A DNA stretch of 64,000 bases, from contig NZ_JAUSUJ010000023.1 of NCBI RefSeq assembly GCF_030813915.1, forward strand, positions 46,823-110,822, read 5' to 3'. Origin of the DNA: Rhodoplanes tepidamans (lineage in GTDB: Bacteria; Pseudomonadota; Alphaproteobacteria; Rhizobiales; Xanthobacteraceae). The notes below the pieces were generated by a model. That model searched no databases. It was not told the DNA's origin and saw only the letters and a list, made by a program, of their open reading frames with translations. Of the stretch, positions 19,706 to 33,463 are shown one piece after another (the stretch's first letter is position 1; each line of letters opens with the position of its first letter). A program made the translations under genes and the position numbers.

Positions 19706-21160
19706 TCACCGTCGCCCGAACGGGCCGCCCAGCATCAGGTTGAAGATCGGCGGCGGGCCGTTGTTGTAATGGCGCCCGCCTCCACCCCCGCCACCGCCGC
19801 CGCTGCGGCGCTCGCGGGTCACCACCTTGCGCTCGGTCCGGGCGGCGGGCCTGTCCTCCTCGGCGCCGGCGATGTCCTCCTTCAGCAGCGCCTTGTGCTG
19901 CGGGGCGTTGAGATAGCCGCTCTCCGGATAGCCGCGTGCCGCCTGCCAGCGGGCGATCACCTTGCGGGTCTCGTCGGAGAACTTGCCGTCGGCCTTGGTG
20001 TCGAAGCCGAGCGCCGTGAGCCGCTTCTGCACGTCGCGCCGCTTCGCCTTGGTGAGGCCGAGCTTGTCCTCGGTGGCGAGGCTCGCCTCCGTCGTGAACA
20101 GGGCCGGGTCGGCCGCCTCGGCGGCGGGCCGCGGCTTCGCCGGCTGCGCCTGCAGGGCGGCGAGGCGCGACAGCGCGATCGGCCGGAACTGGCCGTTGGG
20201 GAAGTTCAGCAGATAGGCGTTGAGCTCCTCGGGCTTGTTCGAGTCCCTGATGGTCCGCCAGAACTCGAGCTCCGCCTCGGACACGGCCGAGCGCGTCTGA
20301 GTGCCGACCGCGGGGGCCGCGTCGGCCGACAGCGGCGTGTCGGCCGGGGCGAGCGCCGGCGCTCCGGCCGGGTTCACGAACACGGAGCCGGTGAGGTTGG
20401 TGTGGCCCCACGGCAGCTGCTGCTTCTTGGTCTCCTCGCTGACCTGGGCGCGGACCCGGGTCATCGCCTGCTGGATCTCGATCCCCGGCGTCGCGAGATG
20501 GGCGAGGAGCGCCCGGGTGAACGGGCTGTTGCCGCCCTCGGCGCCGTCGAGCGCGGTCTGGCCCGGCCCGGTCGCGAAGGCGATCAGGGTGCCCTCGCCC
20601 GACTTCATCTCGGCGAGGCCGGACGACACCACGACGTTGCGGGTGCGGGTGGCCGAGCGGATCTTCGCGGCGAAGGGATTGTCGCGGCAGGCGTCGAGGA
20701 GGACGAGCTTCACCTTGGCGTCGCTCATCGTCTGGTCGAGCGTCACGTCGACGTCGATCGCGGCGCCGAGCTTCACGTCCATCTCGGACTTCAGGTCGGC
20801 GTCGATCGGGATCAGGTAGTTCTTGCCGTTCACCGCGATGCCGTGGCCGGCATAGAAGAACAGCGCGATGTCGGAGCCCTGGCTGCGCAGCGCGAAGTCG
20901 CGCAGCTTCGCCGTCATGGCGTCGCGGCCCAGATCCGTGCCCTCGACCACCTCGAAGCCGGCGTTGCGCAGCAGGCTCGCCATCGCCCGCGCGTCGACCG
21001 GCGGATTGGGCAGCGGATCGACCGACGTGTAGGCGCCGTTGCCGACCACGAAGGCGACCCGCCGGTCCGCCCGCGCCGCGTCGCTCGTGGCGACGGCCCC
21101 GGCCAGGAGAGCGGCGAACGCGCCCGCGACGAGCGACAGGGAACCGAGGGACAGGCGCAT
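19706..21160 (-). CDS. Secreted caspase-family (peptidase C14) protein with a C-terminal peptidoglycan-binding-like domain and a Gly-rich tail
   Basis: Signal peptide; caspase His/Cys regions FFYAGHGIAVNGKNYLIP and LVLLDACRDNPF; PG_binding_1-like LTKAKRRDVQKRLTALGFDTKADGKFSDETRKVIARWQAARGYPESGYL. Confidence 0.8.
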   Translation of the reverse strand: MRLSLGSLSLVAGAFAALLAGAVATSDAARADRRVAFVVGNGAYTSVDPLPNPPVDARAMASLLRNAGFEVVEGTDLGRDAMTAKLRDFALRSQGSDIALFFYAGHGIAVNGKNYLIPIDADLKSEMDVKLGAAIDVDVTLDQTMSDAKVKLVLLDACRDNPFAAKIRSATRTRNVVVSSGLAEMKSGEGTLIAFATGPGQTALDGAEGGNSPFTRALLAHLATPGIEIQQAMTRVRAQVSEETKKQQLPWGHTNLTGSVFVNPAGAPALAPADTPLSADAAPAVGTQTRSAVSEAELEFWRTIRDSNKPEELNAYLLNFPNGQFRPIALSRLAALQAQPAKPRPAAEAADPALFTTEASLATEDKLGLTKAKRRDVQKRLTALGFDTKADGKFSDETRKVIARWQAARGYPESGYLNAPQHKALLKEDIAGAEEDRPAARTERKVVTRERRSGGGGGGGGGRHYNNGPPPIFNLMLGGPFGRR

Positions 21161-21355
21161 GGCCGACACTCCGCAGGCTGGCGGCCGACCCGCGCATGAC
21201 GGTCGACGAGTCGCCGGATCGGGCCGGATCGCACTGTCAGGTAGCATACTGCAGCTTTGCCACCGGTTGAAGACTGCGTCGGAAAAAAGGCCGCCAGCGG
21301 CTATGATCGCGTCCCGGCCGGTCCCGGCCCGGAGCAGCACAAAAAGGAGAGAGCG

Positions 21356-22129
21356 ATGAGCACGGGGGAGACGCACGAGAAGATCGCGGTGGTGACGGGG
21401 GCCGGCACCGGCATCGGCCGGGCCGCCGCGCTCGCCCTGATGGGAACGGGCTTCACCGTGGTGCTGGCCGGCCGCCGGCCCGAGATGCTGGAGGAGACGG
21501 CGCGGCTCGGCGCCGAGACCGGCGGCCGGAGCCTCGGCGTGCCGACCGACGTGTCCGATCCGGCCGCCATCAGGGCGCTGTTCGCGACGGTGCGCGAGCG
21601 GTTCGGGCGGCTCGACCTCCTGTTCAACAATGCCGGCATCGGCGCCCCGGCGGTGCCGATCGAGGACCTGCCCTACGAGACCTGGAAGAAGGTGGTCGAC
21701 ACCAATCTCACCGGCCCGTTCCTGTGCATCCAGGAGGCGGTGCGGATCATGAAGGCGCAGACGCCGCGCGGCGGGCGCATCATCAACAACGGCTCGATCT
21801 CGGCCCACACGCCGCGCCCGCGCGCCGTCGCCTACACGTCGACCAAGCACGCCATCACCGGGCTCACCAAGCAGGTGGCGCTCGACGGGCGGCCGTTCGA
21901 CATCTGCTGCGGACAGATCGACATCGGCAATGCGGCGACGCCGCTCACCGAGCGGATGGCGCAGGGCCAGGGCGTGCTGCAGCCGGACGGCGAGAGCATG
22001 GTGGAGGCCCGCATGGACGTCGCCCATGCCGGCCAGGCGGTCGCCTACATGGCGAGCCTGCCGCTCGACGCCAACGTGCTGTTCCTCACCGTGATGGCGA
22101 ACCAGATGCCGTTCGTCGGGCGGGGCTGA
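21356..22129 (+). CDS. SDR-family oxidoreductase
   Basis: AAAGGAGAGAGCG Shine-Dalgarno upstream; [11 protein letters not shown] Rossmann motif; YTSTKHA catalytic motif. Confidence 0.85.
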   Translation: MSTGETHEKIAVVTGAGTGIGRAAALALMGTGFTVVLAGRRPEMLEETARLGAETGGRSLGVPTDVSDPAAIRALFATVRERFGRLDLLFNNAGIGAPAVPIEDLPYETWKKVVDTNLTGPFLCIQEAVRIMKAQTPRGGRIINNGSISAHTPRPRAVAYTSTKHAITGLTKQVALDGRPFDICCGQIDIGNAATPLTERMAQGQGVLQPDGESMVEARMDVAHAGQAVAYMASLPLDANVLFLTVMANQMPFVGRG

Positions 22130-22145
22130 CCGCGCGCGCCGCCGA

Positions 22146-25181
<3,036 letters not shown>

Positions 25182-25351
25182 GACGGGCCGACGATGCGCC
25201 GCATCGGCGAACCGAACCGTTAACGGGCCGGCGCCGGAGGGCGGATTGTTTTCGAAAGATTGACAGGGCGTTGCGGCGTTCGGTCGAGGCCTCGCCCGAA
25301 CCGGTGAGGAGGTAGTCCGATGGTATGCCGGTCGCGGCGGGCCGGCCCGCG

Positions 25352-25726
25352 TCAGTCCAGCCGGATCACCGTGACGCGGGCCCCGGCCTTGACCGATGCG
25401 AGGGTGCGGACGTCGTCCTCGGCGCGGGCGAACAGGTTGCAGGGGGCGGCGAGCCGGGTCTCCCCGTCCTGGCTGATCGGCGTGCGGCCGAAGCCGATGA
25501 CGATCGCCGGCCCCTCGGGCCAGTAGGCGATCTCGCCGGGGACCACGACGGCGCGCGCCTGCGGATCGCGCTCCGCCCTCACGGGCACCTCGAAATAGAC
25601 CTCGTCGCCCCAGGTCAGCACCGAGGCCGTGAACGGCAGCGCCTCCAGGACGGCCGCCGCGGTGGGGCCGTCGAGCAGGGTCGCGTCGAGGGTCAGCAAT
25701 CCGAAGTCGAATCGAATACGGGCCAT
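25352..25726 (-). CDS. Cyclophilin-like superfamily small protein
   Basis: 124 aa with GGAG Shine-Dalgarno; family assignment from memory only. Confidence 0.5.
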   Translation of the reverse strand: MARIRFDFGLLTLDATLLDGPTAAAVLEALPFTASVLTWGDEVYFEVPVRAERDPQARAVVVPGEIAYWPEGPAIVIGFGRTPISQDGETRLAAPCNLFARAEDDVRTLASVKAGARVTVIRLD

Positions 25727-25980
25727 GGCGGGTCTCCGCTGGCGAGAATGGCGGACCATACCACGCGCGCGCGCCGGGGTGTGCACGGCACAAGCGTCGC
25801 GGGAGGCCGGAATCGGCCGGACCGTGCGCCGCCGTGGACAGGGCGGGCCCGGCCGGTATCAACATGCGGCCGGTCCGCCGAGTCGTCGCGTGTGCTGCCG
25901 GGCGAGGGCTCCGCGCACGATTCCTGCACTCGGCAGTCACTGGGCCGTTCCGCATCGCCGGCCGAGGGGAGACACGCATC

Positions 25981-27240
25981 GTGACGGTCCTGCCACAGAT
26001 CCAGTCCGCCGCCGGGCTCGTCGCCCTGCTCGGCCTCGCCTTCCTGATCGGCGAGGACCGGCGCGCCGTGCGGCCCCGCACCGTGCTGGTCGCCCTCGCC
26101 CTCACGGTCGGGCTCGCGCTGCTGCTCCTCAAGGTGCCGGGCGTCACGGCGGCCTTCGCCGGGGTCGCGGCCGGGGTGGACGCGATCGCCGCCGCGACCC
26201 GGGCCGGCACCGGCTTCGTGTTCGGCTATCTGGGCGGCGGCCCCCTGCCCTTCGACCCCAAGATCCCCGGCACCGCGTTCGTGCTCGCCTTCCAGGCGCT
26301 GCCGATCGTGCTGGTGGTCAGTGCGCTGACCACGCTGCTGTTCCACTGGGGCGTCCTGCAGCCGATCGTGCGCGGCTTTTCCATCGTGCTGGAGCGGACG
26401 CTGGGGATCGGCGGTGCGGTCGGGCTCTCCACCGCCGCCAACATCTTCGTCGGCATGGTCGAGGCGCCGCTGTTCATCCGGCCCTATCTGGCCGGCCTGA
26501 CCCGGGGCGAGCTGTTCATGGTGATGACGGGCGGCATGGCCGGCATCGCCGGCACCGTGTTCGTGCTCTACGCGACGCTGTTGCGCGACGTGATCCCGGA
26601 CGTCGCCGGCCACCTCGCGGTCGCCTCCATCCTGGGCGCCCCGGCCGCCATCCTGGTCTCGCACCTGATGGTGCCGGACCGCGCCGGCGGCACGACGGCG
26701 GCGCCCGCGACGGCGCCCGCCAAGATCGCCAACAGCACCATGGACGCGATCGTGCGCGGCACCACGGTCGGGCTCGAGCTGCTCCTGAACATCTGCGCCA
26801 TGATCATCGTGCTGGTGGCGCTGGTGCATCTCGCCAACGCGATCCTCGGCCTGCTGCCCGACGTGATGGGCGCGCCGGTGACGCTGCAGCGCGGCCTCGG
26901 GCTGGTGATGGCGCCGGTGTGCTGGCTCCTCGGCATCCCGTGGGACCAGGCCGTCACGGCCGGCGGCCTGATGGGCATCAAGACCGTGCTCAACGAGCTG
27001 ATCGCCTATGTGGAGCTGGCGAAGCTGCCGCCCGAGGCGCTCGACCCGCGGTCGCGCCTGATCCTCACCTACGCGCTGTGCGGCTTCGCCAATTTCGGCA
27101 GCCTGGGCATCATGATCGGCGGCCTGGCTGCGATGGCGCCCGAGCGCCGCGACGAGATCGTCGCGCTCGGGCTGAAGTCGGTGGTGTCGGGCACCCTGTC
27201 CACCTGCGTGATCGGTGCGACGGTGGGGACGATGGTGTGA
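25981..27240 (+). CDS. NupC/NupG-family concentrative nucleoside transporter
   Basis: 419 aa if the GTG at 25981 is the start (an ATG at 25864 is the alternative); conserved CNT motifs GMVEAPLFIRPYL, GFANFGSLGIMIGG. Confidence 0.8.
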   Translation: MTVLPQIQSAAGLVALLGLAFLIGEDRRAVRPRTVLVALALTVGLALLLLKVPGVTAAFAGVAAGVDAIAAATRAGTGFVFGYLGGGPLPFDPKIPGTAFVLAFQALPIVLVVSALTTLLFHWGVLQPIVRGFSIVLERTLGIGGAVGLSTAANIFVGMVEAPLFIRPYLAGLTRGELFMVMTGGMAGIAGTVFVLYATLLRDVIPDVAGHLAVASILGAPAAILVSHLMVPDRAGGTTAAPATAPAKIANSTMDAIVRGTTVGLELLLNICAMIIVLVALVHLANAILGLLPDVMGAPVTLQRGLGLVMAPVCWLLGIPWDQAVTAGGLMGIKTVLNELIAYVELAKLPPEALDPRSRLILTYALCGFANFGSLGIMIGGLAAMAPERRDEIVALGLKSVVSGTLSTCVIGATVGTMV

Positions 27241-27300
27241 GGGGCGGGCGCAAAGTCCACGTTTCCGGCGCGGAAGCGCCCCTATTTTAGTTCCGAATGG

Positions 27301-27483
27301 TGCCTCGACGTCATCGCCTCTCCGATCCGACGCGAGATTCAAGCGGACGGTCGCGTTCGATTTTGGGGGAAGGTGGTCGCGATCGACGGCGTGCCACGCT
27401 ATCTCCGGGTGGTGACCCTGGACGACGGTGAGACGGTCCACAACCCCTTCTTCGGCCGCGATTTTCGGGAGGGGCCCGGATGA
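27301..27483 (+). pseudogene. Possible decayed DUF4258-like partner gene upstream of the DUF2283 gene (no usable start codon)
   Basis: Open frame ...IRREIQADGRVRFWGKVVAIDGVPRYLRVVTLDDGETVHNPFFGRDFREGPG ends at a TGA that overlaps the ATG of the DUF2283 gene; no in-frame ATG/GTG/TTG. Confidence 0.3.
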
Positions 27484-27692
27484 AGCTGCACTACTATCCC
27501 GAGACCGACAGCCTCTACATCGAGCTGAAGGATGTGCCGGGCGCGGAGACCCGGGAGATCGTCGCCGGATTGCTCGTCGATCTCGACGCCGATGGCGAGG
27601 TGGTCGGCTTCGACATCGACCACGCCTCGAAGAAGCTCGACCTCACCAAGATCGAGACCATCGCCCTGCCGCCCGCCCACGCGGCGGAGTGA
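27480..27692 (+). CDS. DUF2283 domain protein
   Basis: MKLHYYPETDSLYIELKDVPGAETREIVAGLLVDLDADGEVVGFDIDHASKKL. Confidence 0.8.
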   Translation: MKLHYYPETDSLYIELKDVPGAETREIVAGLLVDLDADGEVVGFDIDHASKKLDLTKIETIALPPAHAAE

Positions 27693-27699
27693 GCGTAGC

Positions 27700-27800
27700 C
27701 CGGGGTCTCGTAGCCTGGACCTGGATCGAGCGAAACGAAATCCGGGGCTTCTTGCTCCGGCGACCGCCGCCCCCCGGTTTCGCTGCGCTCAACCCGGGCT
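27700..27800. repeat. REP-like intergenic element (family of 300-830)
   Basis: tcgtagcctgga...cgaaatccggggcttcttgctccggcgaccgcc...tttcgctgcgctcaacccgggctacg. Confidence 0.65.
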
Positions 27801-27863
27801 ACGCGACTACGGCTGACGACGCGGGCACGCGCGGCGTGCCCGCCCTACGCGGGTCCATCGCCC

Positions 27864-28133
27864 TCAGTTCAGCGTGAACATCCCGTCCACGGCCTTGATC
27901 TCGGCCGGCTTGATCAGGCGCGAATGGGCGACCGTGACCGAGTGGAGCGGGCCCTCCAGCTTCTCCCGCCAGAAGCCGAGGAACTTGTTCAGCTCCGGGA
28001 AATGCGGGTGGAGGTCGTACTCCTGCCAGAGGTAGCTCTGCAGCAGCCAGGGATGATCCGGCCGCCGATACAGGATGTGTGCGGTCGTCAGGCCGTAGCC
28101 GTGCAGTTGCTTCAAGAACTCCTTAGAGGCCAT
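27864..28133 (-). CDS. Usg-like family protein
   Basis: ILYRRPDHPWLLQSYLWQEYDLHPHFPELNKFLGFWREKLEGPLHSVTVAH; an ATG at 28145 is an alternative start. Confidence 0.7.
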   Translation of the reverse strand: MASKEFLKQLHGYGLTTAHILYRRPDHPWLLQSYLWQEYDLHPHFPELNKFLGFWREKLEGPLHSVTVAHSRLIKPAEIKAVDGMFTLN

Positions 28134-28196
28134 GGTGTCCCCCATCCGTGTCTGCCGGGAAATCTTCCAACGCCACCTCCGTTCATTGCAAGCGCA

Positions 28197-28221
28197 TTTG
28201 GTAAACAAACTGTTCACCAAA
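28197..28221. promoter_or_regulatory. 11-3-11 inverted repeat TTTGGTAAACA-AAC-TGTTCACCAAA, candidate operator
   Basis: Near-perfect palindrome in an AT-richer stretch about 65 bp upstream of the usg-like start and about 270 bp upstream of groES. Confidence 0.4.
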
Positions 28222-28330
28222 CGGGCGTGGCAGCCTCGAAGGGAAAGTGCTACCAAGTCTCTACGCTGCATCACGCCGCAAGACTTGAATTAAGCTTCAG
28301 CAGCGTCCCGAACCCCGGCCCCGCGGCTGA

Positions 28331-28358
28331 TTGGCAGTCCCCGCACCGGAGTGCCAAA
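28331..28358 (+). promoter_or_regulatory. CIRCE-like HrcA operator (TTGGCAGTC-N9-GAGTGCCAA)
   Basis: 9-N9-9 inverted repeat with one arm mismatch, about 130 bp upstream of groES; close variant of TTAGCACTC-N9-GAGTGCTAA. Confidence 0.65.
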
Positions 28359-28488
28359 ATTTTGCGGCCGCCCCCTTGAACCCGGCAGGCGGCACCACCA
28401 ACTCGCAACCGGGCACCCGGGGCCACCGCCCCGCCGGTCGACCCGCATCCCAATTCAACACTCGTCGTCAAGAACTTAGGAGGACAGC

Positions 28489-28803
28489 ATGAAGTTCCGT
28501 CCGCTTCACGACCGCGTCGTCGTCAAGCGCATCGAGGCCGAGGAGAAGACGGCCGGCGGGATCATCATCCCCGACACCGCGAAGGAGAAGCCCCAGCAGG
28601 GCGAGATCATCGCCGTCGGCCCGGGCGGCCGCGACGAGGCCGGCAAGCTGATCCCGCTCGACGTCAAGGTCGGCGACCGGGTGCTGTTCGGCAAGTGGTC
28701 GGGCACCGAGGTCAAGCTCGACGGCGTCGAGTATCTGATCATGAAGGAGAGCGACATCATGGGCGTTCTCACCGACACCGAGGCCAAGAAGAAGGCCGCC
28801 TGA
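28489..28803 (+). CDS. groES: Co-chaperonin GroES
   Basis: [46 protein letters not shown]. Confidence 0.97.
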   Translation: MKFRPLHDRVVVKRIEAEEKTAGGIIIPDTAKEKPQQGEIIAVGPGGRDEAGKLIPLDVKVGDRVLFGKWSGTEVKLDGVEYLIMKESDIMGVLTDTEAKKKAA

Positions 28804-28929
28804 CCCCGACACCTCGGGACACCCACTTTCGGACACGCACCTGCCTGAACGGGCCCTGCCGGATTCGCTTGGATCGGCACCGTGGTCTCGCCGGGTCGGG
28901 AGAACGCAACGGTTTCATTCAGGAGCTGA

Positions 28930-30573
<1,644 letters not shown>

Positions 30574-30683
30574 TCGAAGTCCATAAAGCCGCCGCCCCCA
30601 CTTCATGTGGCGAAGTCGGCCAAGGCCGACTTCGCAGGGCGGCATGGACTTCTGGTCGACGCGTCCCGTGTCGTGATGGCGAA

Positions 30684-30711
30684 GGCCCGGGCGAAAGCCC
30701 GGGCCTTTTGC
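30684..30711 (+). terminator. Rho-independent terminator-like hairpin after groEL (ggcccgggcg aaa gcccgggcc TTTTG)
   Basis: 10-bp GC stem followed by a T-run. Confidence 0.6.
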
Positions 30712-30760
30712 GTGTGTGCCGCCGGAGGATTAAACTGCCCCTCGATCGACGAGGACTCGA

Positions 30761-31321
30761 ATGACCATCCAGCGCCCCATGCCGATGGACAAGGCGGCCT
30801 TTCTGGCCTGGACCGAGCGCCAGGAGGAGAATTACGAGTTCGTGCGGGGGCGCGTCGTCATGATGACCGGCGGTTTACGGGGCCATTGGCAGATCGCGGC
30901 CAATCTCTTCCGAGCCTTGGATTCGCGGGTCGATCACGACAGGTGGGCGGTTCTCCCGGAGTTCGGGGTCGACGTCGGTCCGTCGACCGTCCGGTTCCCC
31001 GACATCGTGGTCGACCCGGCCGACGGCCCGACCACGGACCGCACCGCCACGGCGCCGGTATTCCTCGCCGAAGTGATGTCGCCCTCCTCCGAGCGGGTCG
31101 ATCTCGGCGACAAGGCAGCCGAATACCTGCGGCTTCCGAGCCTGCACACCTATCTGGTCGTCGCCCACGACGAGCCGAAGGCATGGGTGTGGACCCGTGC
31201 TGCCGGTGGCTTTCCGGCCGGCCCCGTCGTAATCGACGATCCCGCCGCCGTCATCGACGTCCCTTCGCTCGGCCTCGCGCTGCCCCTCGCGGACATCTAC
31301 CGGCGCGTCAGGTTCGACTGA
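30761..31321 (+). CDS. Uma2-family (DUF820) putative restriction-endonuclease-like protein
   Basis: FPDIVVDPADG...APVFLAEVMSPSSERVDLGDKAAEYLRLPSLHTYLVV. Confidence 0.75.
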   Translation: MTIQRPMPMDKAAFLAWTERQEENYEFVRGRVVMMTGGLRGHWQIAANLFRALDSRVDHDRWAVLPEFGVDVGPSTVRFPDIVVDPADGPTTDRTATAPVFLAEVMSPSSERVDLGDKAAEYLRLPSLHTYLVVAHDEPKAWVWTRAAGGFPAGPVVIDDPAAVIDVPSLGLALPLADIYRRVRFD

Positions 31322-31352
31322 TCGGCCGCTGCCGCCGGACGAGATGCGAAAA

Positions 31353-31376
31353 GGCCCGGGCGTCGCCGCCCGGGCC
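31353..31376. repeat. GC hairpin ggcccgggcgtcgccgcccgggcc inside a roughly 40-bp direct repeat whose second copy is at 33202-33228
   Basis: gccggacgaga..cgaaaaggcccgg(g/a)cgtcgccgcccgggcct is present at both sites. Confidence 0.5.
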
Positions 31377-31424
31377 TCGGTCGTTGTCGTCGGGCGCGGT
31401 GCCCTGCCCCGCCGCGCCCTGCCC

Positions 31425-32576
31425 TCAGGCCGCCGCATCGGTCCTGATGCGGACGAGCCGGGTGAGCAGCGCGTCGAGGCCGGCGCCGTCGCCGGCGTGC
31501 AGATCGATGCGGCCGACCTTCTCGACCAGCCGCTCGATCGACTCGAGCTCCTTCAGCCGCAGGAGGAGCGGGTTCTCCTCCATCAGCCGCGCGGTGTTGA
31601 GGAGCGAGCGCGTCGCCGCGGTCTCCTCCTGGCGGCGGATCAGGTTCGCCTTGGCGGTCCGCTCCGCCTCCACCACCTTGTTCACGAGCTCCCGGATCTC
31701 GCCGGGAAGGATCAGGTCCTTCACGCCGAGCTCCGTCACCTCCACGCCGGCGCCGTCGACGCGCTCGCGCACGCGGGTGCGCAGCTCGTCGTCCAGCACC
31801 GCCTTGCCGGCCAGCACCTCGTCGAGCGTCCGCGAGGCGACGGCGTCGCGGATCGCGAACTGCACCAGCCGGTACAGCCACGCGTCCACGTCCGGCACCG
31901 CGGCGACGAGCCGCTCCGGATCGACGATCCGGCGGAACGCGGTGAGCGTCACGCGCAGCGCGATCCGGTCGCGGGTCAGCATCTCCTGGGCCGTGATCTC
32001 CACGGCCTGCGGACGCAGGTCGAGGCGCTTGACCTCGATCTTGCGGCCGACCGACCAGAAGGCGTGCCGGCCCGGCGCCAGCCGCTCGACGAGGCGGCCC
32101 TCGACGAACAGCAGGCCGGCCTCGTGGTTCTCGACCACGTGCTCGGCGACGCTCGGGTTGCGCTCGCGCGCCACCATGGCGAGGTGCTCCGGGCGGATCC
32201 GCGGGTCGCTCGTCACGTCGACGCGCTCGACGTCGACGCGGGTCGCGACCTTCCAGAACACCCGGGTCTGCCACGGCATCAGGAGCTGGGCCGGGCGACC
32301 GTCGAGGCTGACGATGGCGATCTCGTTCGCCCGCGTCTCCACCGCCTCGAACAGCGCCGCGGCGACGTCCGGCCGCGCCGCCTTCAGGACGGCCCAGCGG
32401 TCCGCCGGGAATTCGGCGCGCACGACCGCGTGCACCTCGCAGACGCACTGGTGCAGCGGATCGACGACGCGATGGCGGCCGGGCTCGAGCACCCGCTCGA
32501 ACCGGCCATTGCGCGTGAGGATGGCGCGCTCGCCGTCCTTCACGGTCACGCGCAGCATGATCAGGTGCCGGCTCAT
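31425..32576 (-). CDS. SPFH/band-7 domain membrane protein with a C-terminal coiled coil
   Basis: GGAGGTG Shine-Dalgarno upstream; 383 aa. Confidence 0.75.
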   Translation of the reverse strand: MSRHLIMLRVTVKDGERAILTRNGRFERVLEPGRHRVVDPLHQCVCEVHAVVRAEFPADRWAVLKAARPDVAAALFEAVETRANEIAIVSLDGRPAQLLMPWQTRVFWKVATRVDVERVDVTSDPRIRPEHLAMVARERNPSVAEHVVENHEAGLLFVEGRLVERLAPGRHAFWSVGRKIEVKRLDLRPQAVEITAQEMLTRDRIALRVTLTAFRRIVDPERLVAAVPDVDAWLYRLVQFAIRDAVASRTLDEVLAGKAVLDDELRTRVRERVDGAGVEVTELGVKDLILPGEIRELVNKVVEAERTAKANLIRRQEETAATRSLLNTARLMEENPLLLRLKELESIERLVEKVGRIDLHAGDGAGLDALLTRLVRIRTDAAA

Positions 32577-32901
32577 GGCACACCTCCAGGGTCGCCCGGC
32601 CACGGCGGCCGGGACGGTTGACGATCGAGGACAGCAGGTCCCGGACGCACGCTTCCCGACCGAGCCGGCGGGCCGCGGCTTCAGCCGGCGCCGACGACGG
32701 ACGCACGCGCGCGCTCCGCGCCGGAGCGCGAAGGCGAGACGATGCATCCGGCGTCGCGCGCAGGCGGTATCCGCCCCGGCGCAGGCCGGTCTGTCGGTGT
32801 CTGGGTTCGAACGAAACGCCTTGCGGCAGATCGGCCGGACCGCGACTGAAGCGCGCGCCCGGTCCCCTTGCGGGTCAGCCTATGCGGCCGTCGAGACGCG
32901 C

Positions 32902-32969
32902 TGGAGCGGGATTCGAACCCGCGTCAGGATGGTTACAAGCCATCTGCTCTTCCACTGAGCTATCCTCGC
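32902..32969 (-). pseudogene. tRNA-Thr(UGU)-like gene with an aberrant or missing 3' acceptor strand (likely pseudo-tRNA)
   Basis: Reverse complement GCGAGGAUAGCUCAGUGGAAGAGCAGAUGGCUUGUAACCAUCCUGACGCGGGUUCGAAUCCCGCUCCA: D, anticodon (UGU) and T arms are canonical, but the 7 nt expected to pair with the GCGAGGA 5' strand are absent (the T-stem runs straight into UCCA). Confidence 0.45.
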
Positions 32970-33201
32970 TTGTGGTCGCGCTCTGCCCGAGCCACGACCG
33001 TCCCTTCCTCGGCGGAACACGACGCCGCACCGCGGCACGCGCCGGCCGGGATTCGCGAACCCGGACCCGAGGCCTCGTGAAGGGACGGCGCTGATAATCC
33101 GGTTCGCGACCGGTTTCAAGTCACAAATCGATGACGTGATCAGATTCGCAGGCGCCGGGGCGAGCGACGCCCGCGACGAGCGCCGGACGAGAAACGAAAA
33201 A

Positions 33202-33228
33202 GGCCCGGACGTCGCCGCCCGGGCCTTT
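33202..33228. repeat. Second copy of the hairpin repeat (ggcccggacgtcgccgcccgggcc TTT)
   Basis: See 31353-31376. Confidence 0.5.
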
Positions 33229-33463
33229 CCGTCAGCGCCACCAGGCGCTGGTCCCCTCTACCCGCCCCCGCGGGAAATCAGTCACGACCACGCCGTCCGA
33301 TGCGCGTACATCCGGCGTCATCTGCCGCCGTGGTCGTGGGCGCCGCAGCGCCCTTCTCGAACAGCATGCCGCCGAACGGTTAACGCGACGTTAACGGCGC
33401 GAAAATAATCCGCACCTCGCTGAAAAGGAGTCAGATACCGCTGCCGCCGCCCATGGAGCGGCC

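Noticed and set aside
19584-22027. ORF 19584-21197 and the 5' 290 codons of ORF 19706-22027
   Set aside because: Alternative-frame and upstream-extension artefacts over the caspase-like gene. The signal-peptide start at 21160 is the sensible N-terminus.
28331-28480. Sigma-32 promoter (CTTGAA ... CCCCAT-like) between CIRCE and groES
   Set aside because: A CTTGAA hexamer is present at about 28373, but I could not find a convincing -10 element at the right spacing. Left uncalled.
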